Below, one piece after another: positions 63,848 to 64,000 of a stretch of 64,000 nucleotides of DNA; position 1 is the stretch's first letter; every line of letters starts with the position of its first letter. The notes beneath the pieces were generated by a model, which saw only the letters and a program-made list of their open reading frames with translations, was not told the DNA's origin and did no database searches. The position numbers and the translations under genes were made by a program. The DNA is from Malacoraja senta (Eukaryota), in NCBI GenBank assembly GCA_038087875.1, contig CM075989.1:6572001-6636000 (forward strand). Direction: 5' to 3'.

Positions 63848-64000
63848 AAGGCCTGTCTCACGAGTCTGCGGTCATTGGCGGCGAAACGGGAAGAATCTAC
63901 CGCTCCTGGGCCGCCATAGACCGCGCACTCGGTCAAACGCACAATTCCGGGGCCGTGCGGCGTTGTTCCCAACACCACACGGTGTTAAAATAAAACCAAC
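63848..64000. mobile_element. Harbinger-type MITE (family of 15748) inserted in a SINE head and cut by the window end
   Basis: TTA|AAGGCCTGTCTCACGAGTCTGCGGTCATTGGCGG. Confidence 0.8.

Overview
Vertebrate genomic DNA, most likely from a cartilaginous fish (skate or ray; inferred from the HE1/V-SINE, CR1, Rex1 and Penelope repeat landscape). Two partial protein-coding genes point away from a 200-N assembly gap at 49589-49788. ST8SIA2 (polysialyltransferase ST8Sia II) has its last four coding exons on the minus strand (43261 to 27906). SLCO3A1 (OATP3A1) has three internal exons on the plus strand (51546-55482). I could not find the 5' exons of either gene, which suggests a mis-oriented contig. 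The rest is intronic or intergenic and full of mobile elements: about 25 tRNA-derived V-SINEs, CR1/Rex1/Penelope/Ingi-Vingi-like fragments, 11 PIF/Harbinger-type MITEs and several hAT-type MITEs. Two RNA-level signals stand out. (1) A 141-bp TSD-flanked retroposon (61187-61327, minus) begins exactly at G1 of a 54-nt minimal HDV/CPEB3-like self-cleaving ribozyme fold and ends in an (AAG)n tail. (2) Short, often palindromic Penelope-terminal-repeat units carry a minimal hammerhead core whose stem III can only form as a dimer, and several sit alone between 14-16-bp target duplications. All calls were made by eye; no database search or folding program was run, and repeat boundaries are approximate unless a TSD is quoted.
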